From positions 8,557 to 72,556 of the forward strand of contig JAZDHZ010000035.1 in assembly GCA_043805415.1 (NCBI GenBank): a stretch of 64,000 nt of DNA. The letters are read 5' to 3'. This document shows positions 47,562-56,388 of this stretch, in pieces. Origin of the DNA: Candidatus Omnitrophota bacterium (GTDB lineage Bacteria > Omnitrophota > Gorgyraeia > B26-G9). Each line of letters opens with the position of its first letter. Within the stretch, counting starts at the first letter, position 1. Under the pieces are notes generated by a model. That model was not told where the DNA came from, ran no database searches, and saw only the letters and a list, made by a program, of their open reading frames with translations. The translations under genes and the position numbers were made by a program.

Positions 47562-47903
47562 CTATTCTGATTCCACATAGTCAAAATCAACTACAACTTT
47601 TTTACCATCAACTGTTTTTACTGTAAGCTCAACACTGTCTCCAGCTTCGATGTTCATGTAATCTCTTAGCTCTTGATCTATTGTCAGGGTTTCATTATTA
47701 ATAACCAACGTACTTCCGTCCTCAGCAACTTCACTAATTACACCCTTTATTGTGGCTTCAGCTGCTTCCGTATCAGTTAAAACTCCAGTGTCGGATACCG
47801 CCTGAGCCCAAATTAAACTACTTCCGCAAAACCCGAGAACCGCGATCAGACTTAATACCATTAAAATTCTTTTAACCATTGTTTTCTCCTTATGAAAAAG
47901 CAT
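47562..47903 (-). CDS. Small secreted hypothetical protein
   Basis: 113 aa; signal peptide (ILMVLSLIAVLGFCGSSLIWAQA). Confidence 0.4.
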   Translation of the reverse strand: MLFHKEKTMVKRILMVLSLIAVLGFCGSSLIWAQAVSDTGVLTDTEAAEATIKGVISEVAEDGSTLVINNETLTIDQELRDYMNIEAGDSVELTVKTVDGKKVVVDFDYVESE

Positions 47904-48173
47904 TTTTTATTCTATGCTGTTTTTAAAATGCTGGCTGCTTACAAGGAAGCATTTTAGCTATTCTGCTTTTATGTTAATTAATTGTTTCTTTCCTTCGCAA
48001 CTTTTTTCTTCTCCTGCTCATTTTTCTGCTATGTTTGTCACCTCCTTATTCCCTTAAAATTGAACAATAAGCGAATATTCTCATATTGGAATATTAACAC
48101 AAATTAATATATTCCTAAACTATTTTTTTGTCAAGTCTAAAATTATGTTTTGATCTGATTTTTCTCTCTATGA

Positions 48174-48515
48174 TTAAGCTTCTTTTAAAACCTTAGAAAG
48201 CATCTTTTTATCATCTTGAAGTGAAGAAATTTGCTGGCATTGTTCATGAAGAAATAAAGTGACTTTATATTGAAATGAATCAACATTTTTTGTTAAGCGA
48301 TAATACACCAGATTGCCGCAGCGGCGATCAACCACTAGCTTTATAAGCCGCAGCCGGGAAAGATGTTTGGAAGCAACTGACTGGCTTATAGCTAAGGTCT
48401 GGCAGATGACCTTGACCGTCACTTCTTTTGTATCCAGAAGATTTAATATTCTTAAGCGAGTATCTTCAGCACAAGCTTTTAAAACCGATCTTATGCTTTT
48501 TACATTTATGCTCAT
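48174..48515 (-). CDS. ArsR/SmtB-family transcriptional regulator
   Basis: 113 aa; wHTH (RLRILNLL...VCQTLAISQSVASKHLSRL). Confidence 0.75.
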   Translation of the reverse strand: MSINVKSIRSVLKACAEDTRLRILNLLDTKEVTVKVICQTLAISQSVASKHLSRLRLIKLVVDRRCGNLVYYRLTKNVDSFQYKVTLFLHEQCQQISSLQDDKKMLSKVLKEA

Positions 48516-48617
48516 AAGCTCCTTGGGCTGAAATTACATATCTATATGAACATATTAGCATATATCCGCGGTTTTGTCAAATTTGCCGCTAAAGCCAGCT
48601 GCCCGCATTCCTCGAAA

Positions 48618-51600
48618 CTATGTCTTTTTCCCTTGAAAATAGTTTTTTATTCTTTCCAAATACCAGAAAACCAAGGGAATAAAAATCAAAGTATACACAA
48701 TTGATGCCATAATCCCCCCGATCATAACCGCGCCCATGGCCTGCTTTCCTTCCATCATTGCCCACAGCTGCGGAAAAACCCCCAGGACTATGGCCAGTGA
48801 AGTCATAATAATCGCTCTGAATTTTTCCGAAGCGCCCAGCCAAAGCGCTTCTTTAACCGCTACGCCTTCCTTCATCTTCAGCAAGGCATAATCAAGCAAA
48901 AGAATCGCGTTATTTACTACCAATCCCACCAGCATAACCATGCCCATTAAAGACAAAACATTATTTGTATAGCCCAGAAAAAACATCGCGTAATAAACTC
49001 CGACAAAAGATGTAAATACTGTCATCATAATCGCGATCGGATATAATGCTGAATTCATAATCGCGGCTAAAAGAATATAGGTTAAGATCAGTGCCAGAAG
49101 AAAAGCCTTGCCTATTTCCGTATTTGACTCAGATTCATATTCCGCGTCACCGACATATTTATAACCATATCCTTTATCTATGGATAAGGTTTCAAATTGT
49201 TTATCTAAAATCTTGCGGACAAAGCCGGTATTGCTTTTGGATAAATAGCCTTCCAAACGGATAACTCTATCCCGGTCGCGGTGTTTAATTGTCGGCAAAG
49301 CCTTCGCGTCCTGTAAATCACCCAATTCTGTGATTGGAATTAATCCTTTGCTGGATAAAACCATTATTTTATTAAGGTCAGCGAAATTTGAGGCATATTC
49401 AGAATCAAGCTCAATATTTATATCATATTCCTGTCCTTTTTCTTTATAAATATTTGTTGTGTCGCCATAAATACTTGCTCTTAATGTCTGGGCAATATCG
49501 CTGCTGGTCAGGCCATAAGCAATCAGTTTATCCTGATCCGGAATAAATTTTATCTCTTTTTTCGGCGCTTTATAAGAAGAACTTACTGAACGGAAATAAC
49601 CGCTGTCTTCCATTGTTTTCTGCATTGACTGGGAAAGCACAATCGCTTTATCATAATCATCGCCAAAGACATTAATCGATATATCGCCTTCTTCACCGCC
49701 GCCCATACCCAAACGCATTATATTAATCTGCGCGTCCGGGATCGCGGCCATAAACAAGATAAGCTCATCAATTATCCGCAGATCTGAGCGCTGGCGTTTT
49801 TTAGAAGAAATAAGATCCACCGCGATTGTCGCGTTTTCCACGCCATTGTCGCCTAATTTACTTAAGTATGATTTTTGTTCGGGAAGCTGTTTTACTCTGT
49901 CTTCAATGATTTTTACCACTGATAATGTCCGCTCAATAGTCGAGCCTTTGGGCATAACCAGCATTATTTTTATCTTATTCTCATCATCTGAAGGCATAAA
50001 CTCGCTGTCAATATACGGCATTATTCTGGTTAAAGACAAAAATGACAGCAGCACCAGCATAATCATTATCAGAGGATGGCGGAAAGTAAATTCAAAAATC
50101 CTTTTGTATTCCTGCGTGCAAACATCCATTATTTTTTCAGTAAACCGCACCGGGAATAATAATACCGCGCTAAGCTTGTTTTGCTTTGGCGCGGTTTTCT
50201 GTTTCTTAAGCAATAATCCGCAAAGCATCGGAGTCAGGGTAAACGAAGCAATCAAAGAAAACAATGTCGCGTAAACAACGGTTAAGCCGAATGACTGAAA
50301 GAATTTCCCGACTATCCCGCCCATCATCGCGATCGGCAGAAATACCACCAGATTAGTTCCGGTAGAAGCCATGACTGCCCCGGCAACCTCATGGGTAGCG
50401 CTCACAGCCGCGTGCTGCGCGTCTTCATGATGCTGCAGATGCACCAGCACGTTTTCAATAATAACAATCGCGTTGGCAATCAGCGTTCCCAAAGATGTGG
50501 CAATGGCCATAAGCGTCATCATATTAATACTGAATCCTGAGGCGCTTACCGGCCAGAAAGTGGAAATTACTGAAGCGGGAATAACAATTGCCGCGATAAA
50601 AGTAAGCTTCGCTTTGCCGGTAAAAAGATACAGAATAACTACGGTGAGCAAAATCCCGAGAATAATATTAAACTGCGCGTCAGCGGTTTCATTCTTGATA
50701 AAATCCGCTGTGTCCGAGGCAATCTGAATATCCATGCCTTCGGGCAGCTGTTTTCTGAATTCAGCCATCCTTTTGCTGATCTGACCGGCAATCTCCACCG
50801 CGTTTCCGTCTGAAACCTTGTTTATCGAAAGCCCGACAACTTCCTGGGCATTAAACCTGGCCATGGATTCGACTTTTTTAAAACTGTCTTCAATCTCCGC
50901 GATATCTTTTAAATAAAATTTATTCCCGTCTTTTGAACGCAGCTCAAAATTTCTTATTTGCTCAACATCCTGAAACTCACCGACAAACCGCACGCTCAGG
51001 GAGGAAAAACCCTTTTCCAATTCTCCTCCCGGGATATTCCGGTTTTTCATCTTTAGCGCCGTAATCACTTCCTCAATGGAAATGTATTTTTGTTTCATCA
51101 GCTCCGGATTAAGCTCAACATTTATCTGCCTTTCTTTTCCGCCGTAAACATCAACCTTAGCCACGCCCTTAACTGAAGCGAGTTTGGTTTTAAAAGTTTT
51201 ATCCGCGTACTCATAAAGCTGCCGGACATCGATATTTTTACCGGAAAGCACCATCTCAATTACCGGTTCTATCAAAGGATCATATTTTTCAATAATCGGC
51301 GCTTCAATATCATCCGGCAGATCATTCAATATCGCTTCCACCTTGTCTTTTACTTCAATGGATTTCACATTAACATCAGCTGAAAGCAAAAACTTTATAA
51401 AAACAAATCCCAGATTATCATAAGAATCACTGCGGATCTGGTCAATCTGCGATATCTCGGAAACCGCGTCCTCGATCTTATTGACCACCAGCGTCTCCAC
51501 CTCAAGCGAAGTCGCTCCGGGATAAGTCACGGCAACTGTAATAATCGGAAAATCTATTTGCGGGGTTTTTTCCACCAGTAATGTGGAAAAAGAAAATATG

Positions 51601-51668
51601 CCCAGAACCACAAATACAATAATCAGCATGATTGTCGTTATTGGTCTTTTAACAAAAAATTCTATCAT
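48618..51668 (-). CDS. Efflux RND transporter permease (AcrB/HAE family)
   Basis: 1016 aa; 12-TM RND architecture with two large periplasmic loops; N-terminal MIEFFVKRPITT. Confidence 0.9.
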   Translation of the reverse strand: MIEFFVKRPITTIMLIIVFVVLGIFSFSTLLVEKTPQIDFPIITVAVTYPGATSLEVETLVVNKIEDAVSEISQIDQIRSDSYDNLGFVFIKFLLSADVNVKSIEVKDKVEAILNDLPDDIEAPIIEKYDPLIEPVIEMVLSGKNIDVRQLYEYADKTFKTKLASVKGVAKVDVYGGKERQINVELNPELMKQKYISIEEVITALKMKNRNIPGGELEKGFSSLSVRFVGEFQDVEQIRNFELRSKDGNKFYLKDIAEIEDSFKKVESMARFNAQEVVGLSINKVSDGNAVEIAGQISKRMAEFRKQLPEGMDIQIASDTADFIKNETADAQFNIILGILLTVVILYLFTGKAKLTFIAAIVIPASVISTFWPVSASGFSINMMTLMAIATSLGTLIANAIVIIENVLVHLQHHEDAQHAAVSATHEVAGAVMASTGTNLVVFLPIAMMGGIVGKFFQSFGLTVVYATLFSLIASFTLTPMLCGLLLKKQKTAPKQNKLSAVLLFPVRFTEKIMDVCTQEYKRIFEFTFRHPLIMIMLVLLSFLSLTRIMPYIDSEFMPSDDENKIKIMLVMPKGSTIERTLSVVKIIEDRVKQLPEQKSYLSKLGDNGVENATIAVDLISSKKRQRSDLRIIDELILFMAAIPDAQINIMRLGMGGGEEGDISINVFGDDYDKAIVLSQSMQKTMEDSGYFRSVSSSYKAPKKEIKFIPDQDKLIAYGLTSSDIAQTLRASIYGDTTNIYKEKGQEYDINIELDSEYASNFADLNKIMVLSSKGLIPITELGDLQDAKALPTIKHRDRDRVIRLEGYLSKSNTGFVRKILDKQFETLSIDKGYGYKYVGDAEYESESNTEIGKAFLLALILTYILLAAIMNSALYPIAIMMTVFTSFVGVYYAMFFLGYTNNVLSLMGMVMLVGLVVNNAILLLDYALLKMKEGVAVKEALWLGASEKFRAIIMTSLAIVLGVFPQLWAMMEGKQAMGAVMIGGIMASIVYTLIFIPLVFWYLERIKNYFQGKKT

Positions 51669-51695
51669 TGTTTTCTCCTGAAAATTTTTCCAGCC

Positions 51696-52370
51696 TTATA
51701 GTTCACTAATTATCTGAATATGATCTTTGTCCCGCAAAGCTGATTGGCCGCTATAAATTAAAATGTCCCCGGGGTTTATTCCGCTTCGCGCAATCGCGCC
51801 ATAGCCATTGCGCGAACTTATTTTAATCAGCTGCTGCCGGGCAATTCCGTCATTGCCTTTCCAGATATAAAAATCACTGCCTTTTATATCTAAAATATCA
51901 TTCGGCACATTGATCACTTGCTTAAAAGTATTAGTCTGGACAAAAACAATCAGCTTCGCGCTATTTTCCCAAACCAGCTGTTTTAGCTCTACTTTTACTA
52001 AAAACATCCCGGTTTCCAGCGAAATCGCCTCAGAAACCGAAAGAATTGTTCCGATATTCTCCGCGGCGTTTTCCTGCTTATATATCTTTTGTCCGCTGGA
52101 AAGCGCGTCCTTAATATCTTTACTGACAAAACCCTGCCATTGTTTATCTTTATTCAGACTGATAGTCAGGCGCGTATATTCCGCGATATCCTCGAGCGCG
52201 GCTTTTTTTACAGTAACCGGAATTCCTTTTTCCTGCCGCTGGGCAATACTGCTTGCTATGGTTCTCGAGCGCTCAGCTCTAACCTGATTTTGCCTGATTA
52301 ATACCAGCGCGATAAAAACAATTAATAATAAACAGTATCCGCATGTTCTAATATTTAAAAATTTTTTCAT
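51696..52370 (-). CDS. Efflux RND periplasmic adaptor subunit (short form)
   Basis: 224 aa; N-terminal anchor; beta-barrel/MP domains, but the usual coiled-coil hairpin appears reduced. Confidence 0.55.
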   Translation of the reverse strand: MKKFLNIRTCGYCLLLIVFIALVLIRQNQVRAERSRTIASSIAQRQEKGIPVTVKKAALEDIAEYTRLTISLNKDKQWQGFVSKDIKDALSSGQKIYKQENAAENIGTILSVSEAISLETGMFLVKVELKQLVWENSAKLIVFVQTNTFKQVINVPNDILDIKGSDFYIWKGNDGIARQQLIKISSRNGYGAIARSGINPGDILIYSGQSALRDKDHIQIISEL

Positions 52371-52374
52371 CTCT

Positions 52375-53658
52375 CTAGTCCTTTACTGTCAATCTTTCTA
52401 TCTTTGCTTTTGTTACCGCGATATTATACAGCGTCTGCTGCTGCTGCAGTTTTTGGCTGGTAAGCAGCTGTTCAGCATCATTTAAATCAGTTAAACTAAC
52501 CTGTCCGGTTTCAAACATATCTCGGGTTATGGTATATGATTCTTCGGCAAGCCGCACCGCCTGATTATTCGCGTCAAGGGTTTTTAAATATTCAACATAT
52601 TCTTCAATCCCTGTCTTAAGGCTTAATAATAAATTTTTTTCTTCCAGTTTGCGCTCTAGCCGGGCATTATCCCTGTCTGCTTTTGCCTGCTCAATCATTG
52701 CCCATTTTTCTCCGCCGTTCCACAAAGGCACATTAACGCTGATCCCGGCAGAAGCATAAGTATCGATTTCCTCAGAGCCAATATATTTTTTATCATTTGA
52801 GCCGCCATTATAATCCCCTTCGGCGAACAGAGAAACCGTGGCCAGAGTATCAGCGCGCTTGCTGCTAAGCATGGCTTCCGCTGCTTTGATTTGCGCGTCC
52901 AGAGCTTTTAAAGCCGGCTCATTGGCATATAATTTATTTAACTGTTCTTCGTAGGAAATAGTCTGATTATTTACCGGAAATTGATCAATAAGGTTTATCT
53001 TAGTATCCAAGGGAAGATCAACCAGGGTATTTAATGTTTTTAAAGCAGTTTGACACTGCGCCCGGGCCTCACTAAGCTGCGGGATTCGCGCGGCAATATC
53101 CGCGTCCATTTTAATAATATCCCGCTTGGAATTTCTTCCGGACTGAGCGCGAAGCTCTAAAAGTTTCTTATTGGCAACAATGCTATTATACGATTCCTGG
53201 GCAATCAGAAAAACATTCTGAGTAAAAAGCAATGAATAATAACTTAGTTTTGCCGTATAAATAATATCCCGTTTTTTTGCTCTGTCCTGTAGCCGGATCG
53301 CCTCAACTGATTTTCTGGCCGCGTCCACAGCCGCGCTGACCCGTCCGAATGACCATAAAAGCTGCGTAATGCTTATGCCGCTTTTCAGATCATAATCCGT
53401 GGTCTTTTCCGCGCTCACGGGATATTCCGTATTATTTGTCCAGGTAGCATTGGCATTTAAATGCGGCAAAAGCCCGGAGCGGGACTGTTTATAAACTGCC
53501 TGGGATTTTTTAATATTGTTCTCTGATATCTTCACTGCTTCGCTGGTTTTAAGCGCGGCGTCAATCGTGTCTTTTAGCCCAAGCTCTAAACCAGCATAAA
53601 CCGAAGACGCCAGGCTAAGCAGCGCAATCATTAAACCCAGAGTTTTTATTGCCTTCAC
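52375..53658 (-). CDS. TolC-family outer-membrane efflux protein
   Basis: 427 aa; signal peptide; two repeats of TolC-like coiled-coil/beta regions. Confidence 0.8.
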   Translation of the reverse strand: MKAIKTLGLMIALLSLASSVYAGLELGLKDTIDAALKTSEAVKISENNIKKSQAVYKQSRSGLLPHLNANATWTNNTEYPVSAEKTTDYDLKSGISITQLLWSFGRVSAAVDAARKSVEAIRLQDRAKKRDIIYTAKLSYYSLLFTQNVFLIAQESYNSIVANKKLLELRAQSGRNSKRDIIKMDADIAARIPQLSEARAQCQTALKTLNTLVDLPLDTKINLIDQFPVNNQTISYEEQLNKLYANEPALKALDAQIKAAEAMLSSKRADTLATVSLFAEGDYNGGSNDKKYIGSEEIDTYASAGISVNVPLWNGGEKWAMIEQAKADRDNARLERKLEEKNLLLSLKTGIEEYVEYLKTLDANNQAVRLAEESYTITRDMFETGQVSLTDLNDAEQLLTSQKLQQQQTLYNIAVTKAKIERLTVKD

Positions 53659-54317
53659 TTTAAATTCCCTCCTAAACCAATCCAGAGCGTTTTTAATTGC
53701 CTGGCCATCTGCTCTGAAGAAGTATGAAAATTTTTAAATTTAACTGCCAAAGGCGTTCCCACCATAATTGTTTTCAAGGCAACACAGACATTATTAATAT
53801 CAATAATCTTAGGCAGTTCCTTATTGCTGATTGCTTTTTGCAAACACTCTTTAAAAAATAAATCCAGACAATCCCCTGGAGAACCTATCGCCTCTATGCC
53901 TTTAAGTTCCGGATAAGCATAGTATTTTTCCGCGTTGGATATCTCAAATTCATGCGGATCTTCTTTTTCTCCAATCAGCGATGATATCATTTCATAAACC
54001 AGATAAGGATTATTAAACTCTTCAAACAAGGCTTGAAAAGCGCGGCAGATTAAATCATAGGCTTTATTTGTTTTAACTTTATTATAGGCTGTCCAAACAA
54101 CTTTTACCGAGTGCAGCTGCATACAAAAATGAACAATTTCAATTTTTTTCGAAAAATAATTAAAAAAAGTGCCTTCTGAAACTTCCACGCTTGCGCATAC
54201 CTGGCGGATTGAAATATCCTCAAACCGCGTATGTTCCAGGCGATTTATAAACTCACGCATTAAAGCGATTTTGGTTTTGGCGCTTTTTTTTTCTCTTAAA
54301 GAATATTTCTCCGGCAT
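53655..54317 (-). CDS. TetR/AcrR-family transcriptional regulator
   Basis: 220 aa; N-terminal HTH (FEDISIRQVCASVEVSEGTFFNYF). Confidence 0.7.
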   Translation of the reverse strand: MPEKYSLREKKSAKTKIALMREFINRLEHTRFEDISIRQVCASVEVSEGTFFNYFSKKIEIVHFCMQLHSVKVVWTAYNKVKTNKAYDLICRAFQALFEEFNNPYLVYEMISSLIGEKEDPHEFEISNAEKYYAYPELKGIEAIGSPGDCLDLFFKECLQKAISNKELPKIIDINNVCVALKTIMVGTPLAVKFKNFHTSSEQMARQLKTLWIGLGGNLK

Positions 54318-54504
54318 ACTGTCTCCTTTTAGCTTACATTATAATTATAGCACACTATATTTTTAATGTCAAGAGTACTTTTTTTTGATTTATCCAAAAA
54401 AACTTTGCTTGCCGGATAAATTAACCCGGATTAAACAAAAAAGACAATTCTGTTTTAGAATTGTCTTTAAAAGCCATCCTATTTTATTAAAAAACAAAAA
54501 GTGG

Positions 54505-56370
54505 CTATATCGCCTGCTCGATAAATATTGTTTTTTCAAAAGAAACATAACTTAAATCTATGCCCTGCACCGGAATAGCCTGAACATGTTTAGAAGCAGC
54601 CAAATAAGTAATCATTGCTGCCTGACAACTGAATAGCGATAATTCCTCAGGAGCAACCAGCTTTCCTTTTGTTGCCAGCAAAAAAGCTTCGATTTGGTCC
54701 AAACTCGAATCTTTATTAATTCCTTCAAGAAGAGTATTGAGCATCTCCTGGAATCTTTCTTGTTTTTTTTGCATTACCGCTATCGGCATTTTCTCCATGT
54801 CATTATGATTAACCATCGCGGCAAACCAGGCGTCTATTGTCGCGGCAAGATTTTCATATCCTGGTTTTAGATATAAAGCGAAAAACAGGCTGTTTGGTTC
54901 AATTACACCTTCGCTGACATAGTATGCCCGGTTTACCTTTATTTTTTCGCCATTAGTACCGTTTGCCGCGGTTTCGCTGTATTGGACAAAGTTTTGGTTA
55001 GGATGTTCTGAGCCATAATACACTTCTTTTATTCCTAATTCTTTAAAAACCTCCAGACATGCTTTGCAAGGATGCAGTGTAACATAAATAACCGTGTTCT
55101 TAAAAGGCTCGCCGGCTAAAGCAGTGAGTTTTTTTAATAAAGCCATTGCTTCTTTTGATTTATTTATTTTTGAGGTATAGGCAAGAAACTCCAGCCGCAT
55201 AAGTTCCGGCAGATATCTGGACTGCGGATTTTTTACCCGCAATTCCTGATCAAGCACCTTAAGCACTAGATTGATTTCCGCGTGGCGGTGAACTCCGATA
55301 GTATTAGTTGCTGAACAAAACGGCTCTTGGTTCCAGGAGCAAGAAATACCGCAGCTGACTTTAGCAAAAGGATAGCGGTATGGGATATTCTGCGCCTGCT
55401 TATACAAGGAATGAAAAATCCGGCTTTCCCGCAAAGGAATATGATAAAGCTGTTCATAGCGGTTTACTACCTCGCCGCCTTTGACAAGGCTTAAAAAACT
55501 CTGCACCACCCGCGGCCCGTACAAAACATAGCTATTGTTCTGTATGTCAGCAACCGCGCTGGCAAAGGAATGTTTAAGCTGCTGATTGTACGGCCGTATT
55601 CCAAGCATGGCGCTGAACGAATCAGCCACTCGGGCGATCTTTGCTTCCAGCGGAATATCTTGCCGGGTTACTGGATCAGGATAACCGGTACCGTCAGTAT
55701 TAGCGTGATGATAAAAAGCTACTGAAAGAATCAGTTGATCGCTAATACCGCACTCTTTTAAAATATCGTATGATTTTGCCGAATGTTCGACAATCTCATT
55801 ACGAATAGATTCCTGCTGCTCTTTGGAGAACAGAGTAATGTCTGAAAAAACTCGGTCATCGCTGATAACTTTGGGATCAGTATCGCACTTGCCGATATCA
55901 TGGAACCTGCAGCCAATCGCGATCTGCGCGAGCTGCTCTTGCCTGAATCCAAGAACCTTGCCCAGGCAATAAGCAATAAGCATTACTTCTTTTTCATGCT
56001 TGATAACCCATTCGTAATCCGCCGGCCGCTGCGCTTCTTTTGCTTCAAGCCTTTCAATGGCTTTGCCGTACTTATAGCCGTATTCGCTCTGGATACCCCG
56101 CATCAGGTCATCCGCGCTGCCAACCTGTTTAGTCAACTTTCGCATAAAAGACCCATACTCGGGATTTTCCTGCCCCGAGATCCCTGGCTGCGGCATAAGA
56201 CTCACATGCTGGTACATCGCTTGGCAGGTCGAGACCATGCCCAGGGTTTGCAGCTGCAGCTGCGGAGAAAGGCAGGATGGCTTACAATTAAACTCTTGCG
56301 CGCAAAGATAAGTCAATGCTGAAAAAAAGATAACATTAATCATAATAAACGTAATTATTTTTTTTACCAT
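54505..56370 (-). CDS. Signal-peptide protein with HD-GYP phosphohydrolase domain fused to a CDA-fold (TadA/dCMP-deaminase-like) deaminase domain
   Basis: 621 aa; predicted signal peptide MVKKIITFIMINVIFFSALTYLCA|QEF; HD-GYP motifs (CRFHDIGK ... FYHHANTDGTGYPD); deaminase zinc motifs HRHAEI ... VIYVTLHPCKACLEVFKELGIKEVYYG. Confidence 0.55.
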   Translation of the reverse strand: MVKKIITFIMINVIFFSALTYLCAQEFNCKPSCLSPQLQLQTLGMVSTCQAMYQHVSLMPQPGISGQENPEYGSFMRKLTKQVGSADDLMRGIQSEYGYKYGKAIERLEAKEAQRPADYEWVIKHEKEVMLIAYCLGKVLGFRQEQLAQIAIGCRFHDIGKCDTDPKVISDDRVFSDITLFSKEQQESIRNEIVEHSAKSYDILKECGISDQLILSVAFYHHANTDGTGYPDPVTRQDIPLEAKIARVADSFSAMLGIRPYNQQLKHSFASAVADIQNNSYVLYGPRVVQSFLSLVKGGEVVNRYEQLYHIPLRESRIFHSLYKQAQNIPYRYPFAKVSCGISCSWNQEPFCSATNTIGVHRHAEINLVLKVLDQELRVKNPQSRYLPELMRLEFLAYTSKINKSKEAMALLKKLTALAGEPFKNTVIYVTLHPCKACLEVFKELGIKEVYYGSEHPNQNFVQYSETAANGTNGEKIKVNRAYYVSEGVIEPNSLFFALYLKPGYENLAATIDAWFAAMVNHNDMEKMPIAVMQKKQERFQEMLNTLLEGINKDSSLDQIEAFLLATKGKLVAPEELSLFSCQAAMITYLAASKHVQAIPVQGIDLSYVSFEKTIFIEQAI

Positions 56371-56388
56371 ATAGTATCTTATCTTTTT

